A stretch of DNA of 43,086 nucleotides, from sequence record DRR723986_7331; one strand, 5' to 3'. The translations under genes were made by a program, and so were the position numbers. Below the pieces are notes generated by a model that was not told the DNA's origin, made no database searches, and saw only the letters and a list, made by a program, of their open reading frames with translations. Positions 25,244-34,957 of the stretch are shown here, piece after piece. Numbering within the stretch: position 1 is the stretch's first letter; each line of letters opens with the position of its first letter.

Positions 25244-27694
25244 ATGAACATCCATTTGTATCGCACAACACGCGCTGTCGCAGTTTTGCTGGCTGCAGCC
25301 ACTTTGACAGGCTGCCTGGGCGAAAGCAGCGATCTGGCCCAAACCGATGGTCGTACCAACCCCAATGAAAACCCCGGCAACAATGAGTTTGTCGACACCG
25401 CGGGTTTGCAATGTGCGCTGACTGACCCCAACTTGTTGATCGGTGAGGGGCAAGACAGCCCTTCCATTTCGCCAGCCAGCAAGCCGAACCGCAATGTTCA
25501 ACCCAGCACAGGTTTGAACAGTGGCGCTTGCAAAAACAACACCGCTTTTACCATGGGCACGGGCATTGTCGACATCACAGGTCCCGCGGCGGGGTCCGTG
25601 ATGATGGGTTATGAGAGCCCCACCCACGCCAGCCTTGGCCTGCACACCCGGCAGTTTTCCCGCGCTTACGTAATCAGCTCGCCTTGCAACGGCAATCGCG
25701 TGGTGTATGTGGTCAACGACCTCGGCATGATTTTCCATGCTGTGCGCCAAGGGGTTTTGAACAAGGTGGCAGCCGATGCCCAATTGGCGCCGTTCTACAA
25801 CGAACAGAACATCATGCTGAACGCCACCCACACCCATGCCGGGCCCGGTGGCTATGCGCACTTCACCGCGTTCAATGCGTTCCGGTTGGGGCATGACGAG
25901 GAGGTTTACAACTTCATCGTCGACGGCATTGTGGAGGCCATTCGACGCGCACATGCCAACCTGCAGGCCAACCCAGAGCCAGGTCGCTTGTTGGTCAACA
26001 ATGGTGAATTGTTGAATGCCAATGTGAATCGCTCTGCGATTGCCTACGATCAAAACCCGCAAGAGGAACGCAACCAGTACTTGAACCAGCGCGGTGAAAG
26101 CCAGAATGTGAACAAGGAAATGGCACTGTTGAAATTGCGTCGTGCCGATGGCACACCCATCGGACAAATCAACTGGTTTGGTGTGCACCCCACCACCACG
26201 GGGAACACCAATCCATTGATTTCTTCCGACAACAAAGGTTGGGCTGCATTGGCCTTTGAAAAACTGATGGGCACGCAATACGAAGCACCCGCGGGGAAAG
26301 ACACATTCGTGGCTGCATTTGCGCAAACCGATGAAGGTGACAGCAGTCCGAATATTTTCTTCAAAGACAAACCATTTGAAGAACGTGGTGGTTCCACCGA
26401 CGAATTGAAAGCCGTTGAAATCAACGGCGGCAAGCAACTGGCACGCGCGCTCACCTTGTATCGTGACGCCAACCAGATGGTGCGTGGTGGCGTGAACTTT
26501 GCACAATTTCACGTGAAGATGGACGAAGTGGAAATTACAGACCCCGTGGTGCTGAATTCACTGCGCCACCCTGAATCGCTGAACAGTGCCGTGAAAAAAA
26601 CCTGCACCGCCGCCATGGGCGTGTCATTTGGTGCGGGTGCTGAAGACGGCCCCGGCCCCACGGTGGAAGGTGCAAGCTGCAATGGCCGCACCGACCCGGC
26701 CCGCCTCACCCGCGACCTGGCTGCGCTGGCCGCAGGCAAACTACCACCGGAAGTATTGGCCACCGCCGTGCTGTGCAACCTGAATGACCTGCCATTTGAT
26801 GCGGTGCCCGCTGGCACCAGCTTAAGCTGTCAGGCTGAAAAACCTGTGCTGTTTGTACTCGGCCCGCCCCTGAACTTCAGTAACAATGTGCTGCCATTTC
26901 AGTTGTTCACCATTGGCAATGTGGCAGTGTTGGGCTTGCCTTGGGAAATTACCACCATGGCCGGACGGCGCATTCGTCAAACCGTGCTGGAAGTGTTGGA
27001 GCCACAAGGCATTGACCAAGTGATCATCAGTGGCCTGAGCAATGATTTTGTCAATTATCTGACCACGCGCGAAGAATATTCCATTCAGCAATATGAGGGC
27101 GCCTCCACGCAATTTGGGCCCTGGACGCTGGCCGCCGTGCAACAGGAAAGCCGCAGGCTGGCTCTGTCATTGGCCCAGCAAAACCAACCACCTGCCGGCC
27201 CACCCCGCACAGTGACCAGCAACCCGATTCCCCGCCCACCCTATGTGCCCTTTGACCAGGCCCCCAGTGCCGCATTTGGCGATGTATTGGCCCAACCCAC
27301 ACCCACGGTGGCGGCCGGCAACACGGTGACGGCACAATTTCAAAGCGCTCATCCGCGCAATATGAAAACCCGCGGCTTGGCGATTGTGGAAGTGGAGCGA
27401 ATGAATGCGAAAGGTGAGTGGGAAAGTCTCACACACGACCGCTCACCCGAACTGATTTTCCGCTGGCAGCCCTTCGAGCCCACACCTTACCTCAGCCCGG
27501 TTCCCCTGCCCGGCTTTGTATCCACTGCCTTGGCGGAATGGAAAATTCCCGCCAACACGCCGGCGGGCAAATATCGAATCAAGCACCGTGGGGTGGCGGT
27601 GCCGGCTGGAACGCCAGAGGAGTTTGAAGGGGTCAGCGAAGCATTTGATGTCACGGCCACTGGGGCCACCTGCGGTGACGGGAGAAGATTGTGA
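25244..27694 (+). CDS. Neutral/alkaline (non-lysosomal) ceramidase, lipoprotein
   Basis: Lipobox LTGC, DITGPAA, THTHAGPGG, NWFGVHPT, ISSDNKG, GDSSPN, EITTMAGRR, QQYEGAST and a C-terminal Ig-like domain. Confidence 0.92.
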   Translation: MNIHLYRTTRAVAVLLAAATLTGCLGESSDLAQTDGRTNPNENPGNNEFVDTAGLQCALTDPNLLIGEGQDSPSISPASKPNRNVQPSTGLNSGACKNNTAFTMGTGIVDITGPAAGSVMMGYESPTHASLGLHTRQFSRAYVISSPCNGNRVVYVVNDLGMIFHAVRQGVLNKVAADAQLAPFYNEQNIMLNATHTHAGPGGYAHFTAFNAFRLGHDEEVYNFIVDGIVEAIRRAHANLQANPEPGRLLVNNGELLNANVNRSAIAYDQNPQEERNQYLNQRGESQNVNKEMALLKLRRADGTPIGQINWFGVHPTTTGNTNPLISSDNKGWAALAFEKLMGTQYEAPAGKDTFVAAFAQTDEGDSSPNIFFKDKPFEERGGSTDELKAVEINGGKQLARALTLYRDANQMVRGGVNFAQFHVKMDEVEITDPVVLNSLRHPESLNSAVKKTCTAAMGVSFGAGAEDGPGPTVEGASCNGRTDPARLTRDLAALAAGKLPPEVLATAVLCNLNDLPFDAVPAGTSLSCQAEKPVLFVLGPPLNFSNNVLPFQLFTIGNVAVLGLPWEITTMAGRRIRQTVLEVLEPQGIDQVIISGLSNDFVNYLTTREEYSIQQYEGASTQFGPWTLAAVQQESRRLALSLAQQNQPPAGPPRTVTSNPIPRPPYVPFDQAPSAAFGDVLAQPTPTVAAGNTVTAQFQSAHPRNMKTRGLAIVEVERMNAKGEWESLTHDRSPELIFRWQPFEPTPYLSPVPLPGFVSTALAEWKIPANTPAGKYRIKHRGVAVPAGTPEEFEGVSEAFDVTATGATCGDGRRL

Positions 27695-28953
27695 TTCATC
27701 AATTTTTGTTCGGCGTTGTAACAGTATCACTGCTGTTGTCAGCCTGCGGCAGCGACTCAAGCAATACAGGCAGCACGAGCGCACGCGTGGGCGCAAGTGC
27801 CGCCAATACCAGCAACCCTTTCCCGGGCTATCAGAGCACCCTGTACACCGGCACCAGCAATTGGTTGTGTCACCCCGACTTGATGGGGACCAGCAACGTG
27901 TGTAACGGCAACTTTGACAGCACCGCAGTGGCCGCCGATGCCTCTGCTACCACACTCAGCTACGCACCTGCCACAGCGCCCCAAGTGGATTGTTTCTACG
28001 TCTATCCAACCACCAGCATCGACCTGATGGGCAACTCAGATTTGAATGACGATTTGCAAGAACAACAAACCACTGCTCTACAGTTTGGCCGTTATGGCGA
28101 AGTGTGCAGGCAATTCGCACCCGTTTACCGACAGCGCACATTGACCGCGCTGGGTCTGACCACATTCACGGGTGCACTGGGCGGTATCGACATTGCACCG
28201 AATGCCGGTGAAGTGGCCTATGCCGATGTACTGGATGCGTTCAAGGAATACATCGCCAACCAAAGTGAAGGACGCGGTTTTATATTGGTGGGGCACTCAC
28301 AGGGATCAGGCATTTTACGCAGACTGATTGCTGAAGAAATTGAAACCCGGCCCGAGTTGATGAGCCGTTTCATTTCCGCGCACATCCCTGGCACCAATGT
28401 ACTGGTGCCCACGGGTCGCGATGTGGGCGGATCGTTTCAAAAGGTACCCGCTTGTCGCGATGCCAACCAACTGGGCTGCGTAGTGGCCTATGTCACCTAC
28501 CGTGCTGGCGACCCTCAACTTGAAGACCCTCGCTTTGGTTTAAGCGCTGAAGACGGGCAACAAGCGCTTTGCACAAACCCCGCAGCACTGGCAGGTGGAC
28601 CCGCAGATTTGTTTCCGATTGTGCCTCGCCAGCAGCCACCGGTGTTTCGTGTGTTACTGATTCCACGTGGGCCTGGCGGCCCCTACGCGAATCCGATCAG
28701 CAATCTCACCATTCCCACCCCTTACTACTCCATGCCAGGGCAGGTGAAAGGACAATGCAAGGTTGGGCCCAATGGTGTCAGTTATCTTGAAGCGAGTATC
28801 GTGGCCGATCCGGACGACCCTCGTGCGGACGACTATCCCGGTGAATTCATTGGCGGATCGAATTGGGGACTTCACCTGATTGATGTATCGATTGTGCAAG
28901 GCGATTTGATTCGACTGGCGCAACGCCAAGCAGCCAGCTACCTAAGGCAATAA
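27691..28953 (+). CDS. DUF3089-family alpha/beta hydrolase lipoprotein
   Basis: Lipobox LSAC, WLCHP, DCFYVYPT, APVYRQ, GHSQG nucleophile and WGLH. GTGA overlap with the ceramidase gene. Confidence 0.85.
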   Translation: MIHQFLFGVVTVSLLLSACGSDSSNTGSTSARVGASAANTSNPFPGYQSTLYTGTSNWLCHPDLMGTSNVCNGNFDSTAVAADASATTLSYAPATAPQVDCFYVYPTTSIDLMGNSDLNDDLQEQQTTALQFGRYGEVCRQFAPVYRQRTLTALGLTTFTGALGGIDIAPNAGEVAYADVLDAFKEYIANQSEGRGFILVGHSQGSGILRRLIAEEIETRPELMSRFISAHIPGTNVLVPTGRDVGGSFQKVPACRDANQLGCVVAYVTYRAGDPQLEDPRFGLSAEDGQQALCTNPAALAGGPADLFPIVPRQQPPVFRVLLIPRGPGGPYANPISNLTIPTPYYSMPGQVKGQCKVGPNGVSYLEASIVADPDDPRADDYPGEFIGGSNWGLHLIDVSIVQGDLIRLAQRQAASYLRQ

Positions 28954-28962
28954 AAAGCCACC

Positions 28963-30072
28963 TTACTCCACATTCGTGCTGCACTCTGCAGCACTGGGTG
29001 TGTGGTGGCAGCGTACCTTTTTCAACAAACTCATCATGCGTTTGTCGTACACGCCTTCTTGGGTTAATTGAACCCGCGCCTGCTGCATCATCACGTTGTA
29101 TTTTTCCTGATCCGCAGGCGTCACATTCATCCAGTATTTGGCTGGAACCTGCTTTTCGATGGTTTTTACTGCGTCCAGCGCCTGGTCAATAAAACCCAAA
29201 CCGAACTTGCGCATCTTTTTCAAACGATCGTCCAGATCAGGCACTTCTTTCTCCAGTCGAGTGCGGTTGATGATGGCCGAGCCCGTGACGTTCAGCAGCG
29301 GCATTTTGTAAACGCCCCCCTTGGTGCCCAAGCCACGGTACAACTCAAGCGGAGCGAAGGCCACTGCTGGAGCGGCGACAATATCCACCACGCCGTTGTT
29401 GAATTTTTGGGCAAAGTTGGTGATGTCGCTGGGCACAGCTTGTGCGCCCAATTGCTGAATCATTTTGGCCTGGCTTTTATCCCAATCCATCACCGCCACT
29501 TTCTTGCCAGCAGCCTTTTCAATCGAATCAATGGATCGGTCGTTCACCATCACGTACGCTGCACCCAATGGGGCCATGCCAACCACTTGGTACTTGCCTT
29601 GAATCGACAAATCATACAAAGCGTCATTGCCCATCAACACCTGCAATGCAGTCTTCAGGTGTTCATACGATGGCAATGCCCCTACTGCATCGAAGCTGCC
29701 CATGAATTGATTAAATATTCTTGCACGCAGAGTGGTAATACCCACCGCCTCGCACTGCCCAGTGCGGAAAGACTCTGCCGCCACCGTTTCATTGGTGTGG
29801 GGAATCAGCTCGGCAAATACATTCCATTTTCGCGCTTCCAGTGCTACATCTTGCGCAATACTGAACACAGGTCCTGCTTTGCCCAGAATGTCAAAAATAC
29901 AAATTTTGATATGCAATGGCTTGTCCAGCGGCTTCATTTCCTTCATCAACTGGCGCGACACATTGCCGATAAGGTTGGGTGGAATTTCAGGGCCTTTGAC
30001 TTGAGAATGTGCCGGAGTGAAAACGACAGCGCAGGCCAAAGCCATTGATGCGATCAGAATACGGGTGGGCAT
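28963..30072 (-). CDS. Putative periplasmic solute-binding protein (DUF6091 / AdeT-like, DctP-like fold)
   Basis: Signal peptide from ATG 30072, ICIFDILG, GQCEA, FAQKFNNG.VD, ELYRGLG and C-terminal KVRC...AAEC. Confidence 0.75.
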   Translation of the reverse strand: MPTRILIASMALACAVVFTPAHSQVKGPEIPPNLIGNVSRQLMKEMKPLDKPLHIKICIFDILGKAGPVFSIAQDVALEARKWNVFAELIPHTNETVAAESFRTGQCEAVGITTLRARIFNQFMGSFDAVGALPSYEHLKTALQVLMGNDALYDLSIQGKYQVVGMAPLGAAYVMVNDRSIDSIEKAAGKKVAVMDWDKSQAKMIQQLGAQAVPSDITNFAQKFNNGVVDIVAAPAVAFAPLELYRGLGTKGGVYKMPLLNVTGSAIINRTRLEKEVPDLDDRLKKMRKFGLGFIDQALDAVKTIEKQVPAKYWMNVTPADQEKYNVMMQQARVQLTQEGVYDKRMMSLLKKVRCHHTPSAAECSTNVE

Positions 30073-30108
30073 GGTGGTGTTCCAGTGAGGGAAAAAGTAC
30101 TGCAACAC

Positions 30109-30132
30109 AGATGTAACTGAGCAGTTACATCT
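30109..30132. promoter_or_regulatory. Perfect 11-bp inverted repeat, candidate operator of the binding-protein gene
   Basis: AGATGTAACTG-AG-CAGTTACATCT, about 36 bp upstream of ATG 30072. The 2-nt centre suits a DNA operator better than an RNA hairpin. Confidence 0.55.
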
Positions 30133-30178
30133 TCTGCTATTCACAGCGCAGGGTCAACACTGCGCTGCAACATGCCAC

Positions 30179-32329
30179 TCAGAAATCTAGCGAGGCCGAC
30201 ACAGTCAATGTTCGCGGGTTACCAATCGTCAAGTAGCCTGAACCCGGGAAACCGCCGGCAGATGCCCAGTAATTGCGATCCGTCACATTGTCCAAACGAG
30301 CACGCAAGGTCAGTGCTTGCTCGTTGCCCACCGGCATCACATAACGCACCCCGAAATCCAGGCGGGTCCATGAAGGCAGCTCCTGCGTATTGTTTGCATT
30401 GGCGTACTGACTGCTGGTATAAATTGCGCGAGTCTCGAATGCAAGTCCCTGCACCTGTTCAGGGCTCCATTCAAGGCCCACATTGGCCTGTGCAGAAGGT
30501 GCACCAATTGCATCCTGCCCATCGACATCGGTGTTCAACACGCTCAAGCCGCCCAGCACCTTGACAGTTTTGCTCGCTTTGCCGAACGCCATAATTTCCA
30601 GGCCCTCGTTGGTTTGGTCACCAATTTGAGAAAACGTGTTGGTACCGTCAATCCCGTAGCTGGGCTTCTCGCTTTGAAACACCGACACGGAACCACCCAC
30701 GCTGCCGCCGTCGTATTTCACACCCAGCTCAACTTGCTCGGTTTTGAAAGGCTTGAACACAGTGCCTGCATTGGTCACAGGTGTGCCTCCACCCGTGGTG
30801 GCAGGTGCCGAGTCACCCTTCACCAGTCCTTCAATGTAGTTGGCATACACGGAATACTGCGGGCCAAGTTTGAACACCACTCCTGCCACCGGTGTAGTGG
30901 CGCTTTCCGAGTAGCTGGCTGTTTGAGAACCATCCGCTGCATTAAAACTCATCGCCTCGATTTCCTGATGCCGAGCGCCCAAGGTCAGCAATAATTTGTC
31001 GTTCAGAAAAGCCATTGAATCTGCAACTGCGAAGCTGGAGTTTTTGGTGGTCTCTGTAATGAAAGGACTGCTGAAAATGCCGCCAGGAAAAGTCACTACT
31101 GTGGGCTCTGACACAGGCTGTGGATTGTAAATATTGCCTGAGAAGCTGTCATAGAAATTGAAGGCATTTTTTGACTCCAACTCATAAATCATGGCCGAGG
31201 TGCTCACGGTGTGCTTCACTGCACCGGTGTTGAACTTGAAACGCAATCCAGCTTCAGCGGTTTGAATAGAATCTTCACGCACGTTCGCAAATCGGTTGGC
31301 ATCATAATCGCCATTGGAGTCATCCACAGTCGGGTTGGCAAAATTGCCGGCCTCAACACCCTCCCGAATACCACCGGCCAACCAGCCAGTCACAGTGTCA
31401 TTGAAATCATATTCAGCACGTACAGTGCCGAAAGTGTCCTCTGCGTTGGAGAAGGTCCAGGGCTGTGCAATGCTGCGGTCTGCACGCGGCGTGGTTGGAA
31501 TGGCAAGGCCGGCGCCAATGGTGATGTTGGGTTGCGAAGCCTGTAACTTGTGCTCCTGATAGCCCACATCGGCAGAAATTCTTAACCTGTCACTGCGGAA
31601 ATCTGCGCCCACTGCGAACAAGCTTAGTTCTCGCGATTCTCCTTCCACATTGGTGTCGCCGTCGCGCTTGGCCATGGTTGCTCTCACGCCAGTAGAACCA
31701 TCGTTGAAACGGCGTGCAAAGTCACCTGCAAGGTAAGCCTCTCCGCCATCCTGAATGCCCACGGTGGCCTGATTGATGTCGTAATTGGGTGCACGTTTGG
31801 GCACCACATTAATGGCGCCACCCAAGCCGCTGCCACCGGGTGCGGCACCGTTCAAAAATGCATTCGCACCACGCAGCACTTCCACACGCTCCACCAATTC
31901 CGAAGCTATGTACTGGCGTGGCAACAGACCATACAAACCGTTGTACGACATATCGTCCGAAAAAATTGGCAAACCGCGCACCAAATAGACTTGTTGAAAA
32001 TTTCCGAAACCACGTGCCACACGAACCGCTGGATCGTTCAATAACACCTCGCCGACACTGGCTGCTTGCTGGTCTTGAATCAGCTTTGAGGTGTAACTGG
32101 TCAGGTTAAATGGCGTATCCATATTGGACTGCGTGCCCAATAAACCCACACGCCCGCCCTTGGCAACCTGGCCACCTGCGTATTCGGGTGCAAGTCCGTC
32201 GGCTGAGGCATCGGCGCTGGCATTGACCTGCACTGCAGGCAATTCTGTGGTTTGGCCGAATGCGTTGGATGACAGGGCTGAAAATACTGCGAGAGCCAAC
32301 AAGCTGACTTTGGGATTCTGGGAGATCAT
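30179..32329 (-). CDS. TonB-dependent siderophore receptor
   Basis: Signal peptide from ATG 32329, DTPF, ERVEVLRGANA, NVTDRNYW and terminal Phe. Strong Fur box upstream. Confidence 0.92.
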   Translation of the reverse strand: MISQNPKVSLLALAVFSALSSNAFGQTTELPAVQVNASADASADGLAPEYAGGQVAKGGRVGLLGTQSNMDTPFNLTSYTSKLIQDQQAASVGEVLLNDPAVRVARGFGNFQQVYLVRGLPIFSDDMSYNGLYGLLPRQYIASELVERVEVLRGANAFLNGAAPGGSGLGGAINVVPKRAPNYDINQATVGIQDGGEAYLAGDFARRFNDGSTGVRATMAKRDGDTNVEGESRELSLFAVGADFRSDRLRISADVGYQEHKLQASQPNITIGAGLAIPTTPRADRSIAQPWTFSNAEDTFGTVRAEYDFNDTVTGWLAGGIREGVEAGNFANPTVDDSNGDYDANRFANVREDSIQTAEAGLRFKFNTGAVKHTVSTSAMIYELESKNAFNFYDSFSGNIYNPQPVSEPTVVTFPGGIFSSPFITETTKNSSFAVADSMAFLNDKLLLTLGARHQEIEAMSFNAADGSQTASYSESATTPVAGVVFKLGPQYSVYANYIEGLVKGDSAPATTGGGTPVTNAGTVFKPFKTEQVELGVKYDGGSVGGSVSVFQSEKPSYGIDGTNTFSQIGDQTNEGLEIMAFGKASKTVKVLGGLSVLNTDVDGQDAIGAPSAQANVGLEWSPEQVQGLAFETRAIYTSSQYANANNTQELPSWTRLDFGVRYVMPVGNEQALTLRARLDNVTDRNYWASAGGFPGSGYLTIGNPRTLTVSASLDF

Positions 32330-32361
32330 GAGAAACTTCAGAGAATGGAGAATCCGCCAAT

Positions 32362-32386
32362 TATAATGATAATTATTATCATTTGT
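32362..32386. promoter_or_regulatory. Fur box (two overlapping registers)
   Basis: TATAATGATAATTATTATC at 32362-32380 is a 17/19 match to consensus. The +6 register matches 14/19. Confidence 0.9.
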
Positions 32387-32410
32387 ATTAACGAATGTTA
32401 ATTTAATCAC

Positions 32411-33661
32411 ATGAAAACTGCCCTGCGACCCTGGCTAGACACTTTTTACCAACAGGAGTCCCGCCGAATTCTGGCAACACTCATTCGCCTGCTTGGCGAC
32501 TTTGATTTGGCAGAGGAAGCCATGCACGAGGCATTTTCAATTGCATTACAGCGGTGGGAAGTCGAAGGCATCCCTGCCAACCCACGGGCCTGGATGGTGT
32601 CCACCGCCCGATTTAAAGCCATTGATCAAATCCGCCGCCGTGCAAAATTCGACACCTCTTTTGAAGAGGTTGCTGACGAGCTGTCCGAACGATTGCACCA
32701 TGAACCCGATCACGTCGACGAAACCATTGAAGACGATCGCTTGCGGTTGATTTTCACCTGTTGTCACCCCAGCCTGTCGCCTGAAGCCCAATTGGCGCTC
32801 ACCTTGCGGGAAGTGTGCGGGCTTTCAACCGAAGAAGTTGCCAGTGCATTTTTAAGCACTACGCCCACCATGGCGCAACGAATTGTTCGCGCCAAAACCA
32901 AAATTCGTGATGCCAAAATTCCGTATGAAGTGCCTCAAGCCGATCAGCTTCAAGAACGTCTGCATGCCGTACTGCATGTGATCTATCTGGTGTTCAATGA
33001 AGGTTACTCGGCCTCGACCGGCGAAGCCTTGATTCGCAAAGAACTCTGCCGTGAAGCCATTCGCCTTGGCCGCCTGCTGGCTGAACTGCTGCCTGAACCA
33101 GAGGTATTGGGTCTGCTTGCATTGATGCTCTTGAATGACTCTCGTCAACAAGCACGCAGCACACCCGATGGCGATTTGGTTTTGCTCGCCGATCAAAACC
33201 GCACACTGTGGAATCAGGCACAGATTCGCGAAGGCTGCCAGTTGGTGTTGCAGGCCTTGGCCTCACGCCGATTTGGCGCATACACGCTGCAGGCAGCAAT
33301 CAGTGCCGTCCATGCCGAGGCCCCCAGCGCGGAGAAAACAGACTGGATACAAATTGTTGGTCTTTACGACGCCCTGCTGGAACACACCCATTCGCCAGTT
33401 GTTGCATTGAACCGTGCAGTGGCAGTGGCCATGCGCGATGGTCCGCAAGCAGGGCTTGAACTGGTCGACGAGCTGATGGCGCAAGGCCACCTGCAGGACT
33501 ACCACTTGGCCCATGCCACACGCGCAGACCTGTACAGGCGAATGGGCCGCCTGAAGGAAGCCCATGATGCCTATCAAGACGCGCTTCGCTTGACTAGACA
33601 AGGGCCAGAGCAGCGCTTTTTACAACAACGTCTGGATGACTTGGGCAGCGCGAATAATTAA
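32411..33661 (+). CDS. ECF42-type RNA polymerase sigma factor with TPR-like C-terminal extension
   Basis: [48 protein letters not shown] and [14 protein letters not shown] genes lie nearby. Confidence 0.92.
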   Translation: MKTALRPWLDTFYQQESRRILATLIRLLGDFDLAEEAMHEAFSIALQRWEVEGIPANPRAWMVSTARFKAIDQIRRRAKFDTSFEEVADELSERLHHEPDHVDETIEDDRLRLIFTCCHPSLSPEAQLALTLREVCGLSTEEVASAFLSTTPTMAQRIVRAKTKIRDAKIPYEVPQADQLQERLHAVLHVIYLVFNEGYSASTGEALIRKELCREAIRLGRLLAELLPEPEVLGLLALMLLNDSRQQARSTPDGDLVLLADQNRTLWNQAQIREGCQLVLQALASRRFGAYTLQAAISAVHAEAPSAEKTDWIQIVGLYDALLEHTHSPVVALNRAVAVAMRDGPQAGLELVDELMAQGHLQDYHLAHATRADLYRRMGRLKEAHDAYQDALRLTRQGPEQRFLQQRLDDLGSANN

Positions 33662-33682
33662 TTTTAAAAAAATTTCAAACAA

Positions 33683-33709
33683 TGTCGATTTCAGAAACCG
33701 CCGTTCGAC
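33683..33709 (+). promoter_or_regulatory. ECF42-type promoter
   Basis: -35 TGTCGA at 33683-33688, 17-nt spacer, -10 CGAC at 33706-33709, preceded by an A/T tract. Matches the ECF42 consensus TGTCGA...CG(A/T)C. Confidence 0.8.
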
Positions 33710-33742
33710 TAATTCATGACACCCCCAACTTGAGGAACAACC

Positions 33743-34159
33743 ATGAACGCAATCAAGGCAGTACTGGAAAGCTGGCAGCAAGCGGTGGTCGACGAAGACC
33801 TGGAAAAAATCATGAGCCACTACAGCGAGAATGTAGTGTCGTTTGATGCAGTCAAAGTGCTGCACATCGTCGGCAAAGCCGATTACGAAGAACACTGGAA
33901 ATACTGCATGCAGTTGTGCAGTGGCGGCATCATCTTTGAAATTCATCAATTGAGTATTCAACACAGCGGCGATCTGGCTTTTTGTCATTACCTGTCGCGC
34001 TGTGGTTCGGTGCAAGACTTTGGCAATGAAAACGTTGGCTGGATGCGTGCCACCGTGTGCCTGCGCCAGGAAGAAAATGAATGGAAAATTGTGCATGAGC
34101 ATTTTTCCTCACCATTCGACCCTGAAAGCGGCAAGGCCATCTTCAGTGCCCAACCTTGA
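33743..34159 (+). CDS. SnoaL/NTF2-like (YybH/DUF4440) protein
   Basis: IMSHY...VVSFD, GDLAFCH, MRATVC and WKIVHEHFSSPFD. GAGGA Shine-Dalgarno. Confidence 0.88.
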   Translation: MNAIKAVLESWQQAVVDEDLEKIMSHYSENVVSFDAVKVLHIVGKADYEEHWKYCMQLCSGGIIFEIHQLSIQHSGDLAFCHYLSRCGSVQDFGNENVGWMRATVCLRQEENEWKIVHEHFSSPFDPESGKAIFSAQP

Positions 34160-34172
34160 GAGGCAACATGCC

Positions 34173-34547
34173 ATGAAATACCTGTGCCTGGCCCACGAAG
34201 AAGAGGCCCTGTTCAAAGCCATGCCCCACGAGGAATGGCTGGCTTTGAGGCAGGAAACCTTGAGTTATGTGGAATCCTTGAGAGCAAGCGGCCACTTGAT
34301 TACCACCTATGCACTTCAGAGCGCCAACCATGGTGTGCTGGTGCGGGTGCGCAATCAAAGGTTGGTAACCACCGACGGCCCCTTTGTAGAAACCAAGGAA
34401 CAACTGGGTGGTATTTTTCTGATTGAAGCCCATGATTTCAACGAGGCCTTGCGAATTGCATCGCAATGGCCTTCTGCCCGACTGGGTACGATTGAAGTCC
34501 GCCCGATTGAAGAATCACTTCGCGAAGATTGTCGCTACGGAGATTAA
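34173..34547 (+). CDS. YciI-family DGPF protein
   Basis: TDGPFVETKEQLGG and IEVRP. Start reassigned to ATG 34173 (MKYLCL). Confidence 0.9.
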   Translation: MKYLCLAHEEEALFKAMPHEEWLALRQETLSYVESLRASGHLITTYALQSANHGVLVRVRNQRLVTTDGPFVETKEQLGGIFLIEAHDFNEALRIASQWPSARLGTIEVRPIEESLREDCRYGD

Positions 34548-34549
34548 AT

Positions 34550-34936
34550 ATGAAATATCTTGCCTTGGTGTATTACGACGAGAAAATCATGAACAGCATG
34601 TCGCAACAGGAATGGGATGCGCTGAACAACGAGTGCATCGCCTGCGTTGAAAATTTAAGCCGCAAGGGGCACTTCATCACGGGTAGCCCTTTGTTGCCGG
34701 TCAATACGGCGACCACCGTACGGGTCAGAAATGGTAAAACCCACACGACCGACGGCCCCTTTGCAGAGACCAAAGAACAGCTCGCAGGTTTTTACATGCT
34801 GGAAGCCCAGGATCTGAATGAAGCAATTGCACTGGCCGAGAAAATTCCACCCGCCCGTTATGGCTCAATCGAAGTACGGCCTGCACGAGAACTCGTGAGC
34901 CATGGCAATGCAGCAGGTGGAGAGCAGGCAATCTGA
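34550..34936 (+). CDS. YciI-family DGPF protein
   Basis: TDGPFAETKEQLAG and IEVRP. Start reassigned to ATG 34550 (MKYLAL). Confidence 0.9.
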   Translation: MKYLALVYYDEKIMNSMSQQEWDALNNECIACVENLSRKGHFITGSPLLPVNTATTVRVRNGKTHTTDGPFAETKEQLAGFYMLEAQDLNEAIALAEKIPPARYGSIEVRPARELVSHGNAAGGEQAI

Positions 34937-34957
34937 CCTTGCTTTGCCGCAATTAAG

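Noticed and set aside
25211-26512. 433-aa minus-strand ORF
   Set aside because: Lies almost entirely antisense to the ceramidase and has no recognisable motifs; a shadow ORF.
29068-30048. 326-aa plus-strand ORF
   Set aside because: Antisense shadow of the AdeT-like gene, with His/Gln-rich composition typical of reverse frames.
30144-30167. CAGCGCAG/CTGCGCTG hairpin as an intrinsic terminator
   Set aside because: The 8-bp stem is real but no U-tract follows on either strand, so it is not called a terminator.
32330-32410. N-terminal extension of the siderophore receptor
   Set aside because: It is a translation of the Fur box region; the signal peptide begins at 32329.
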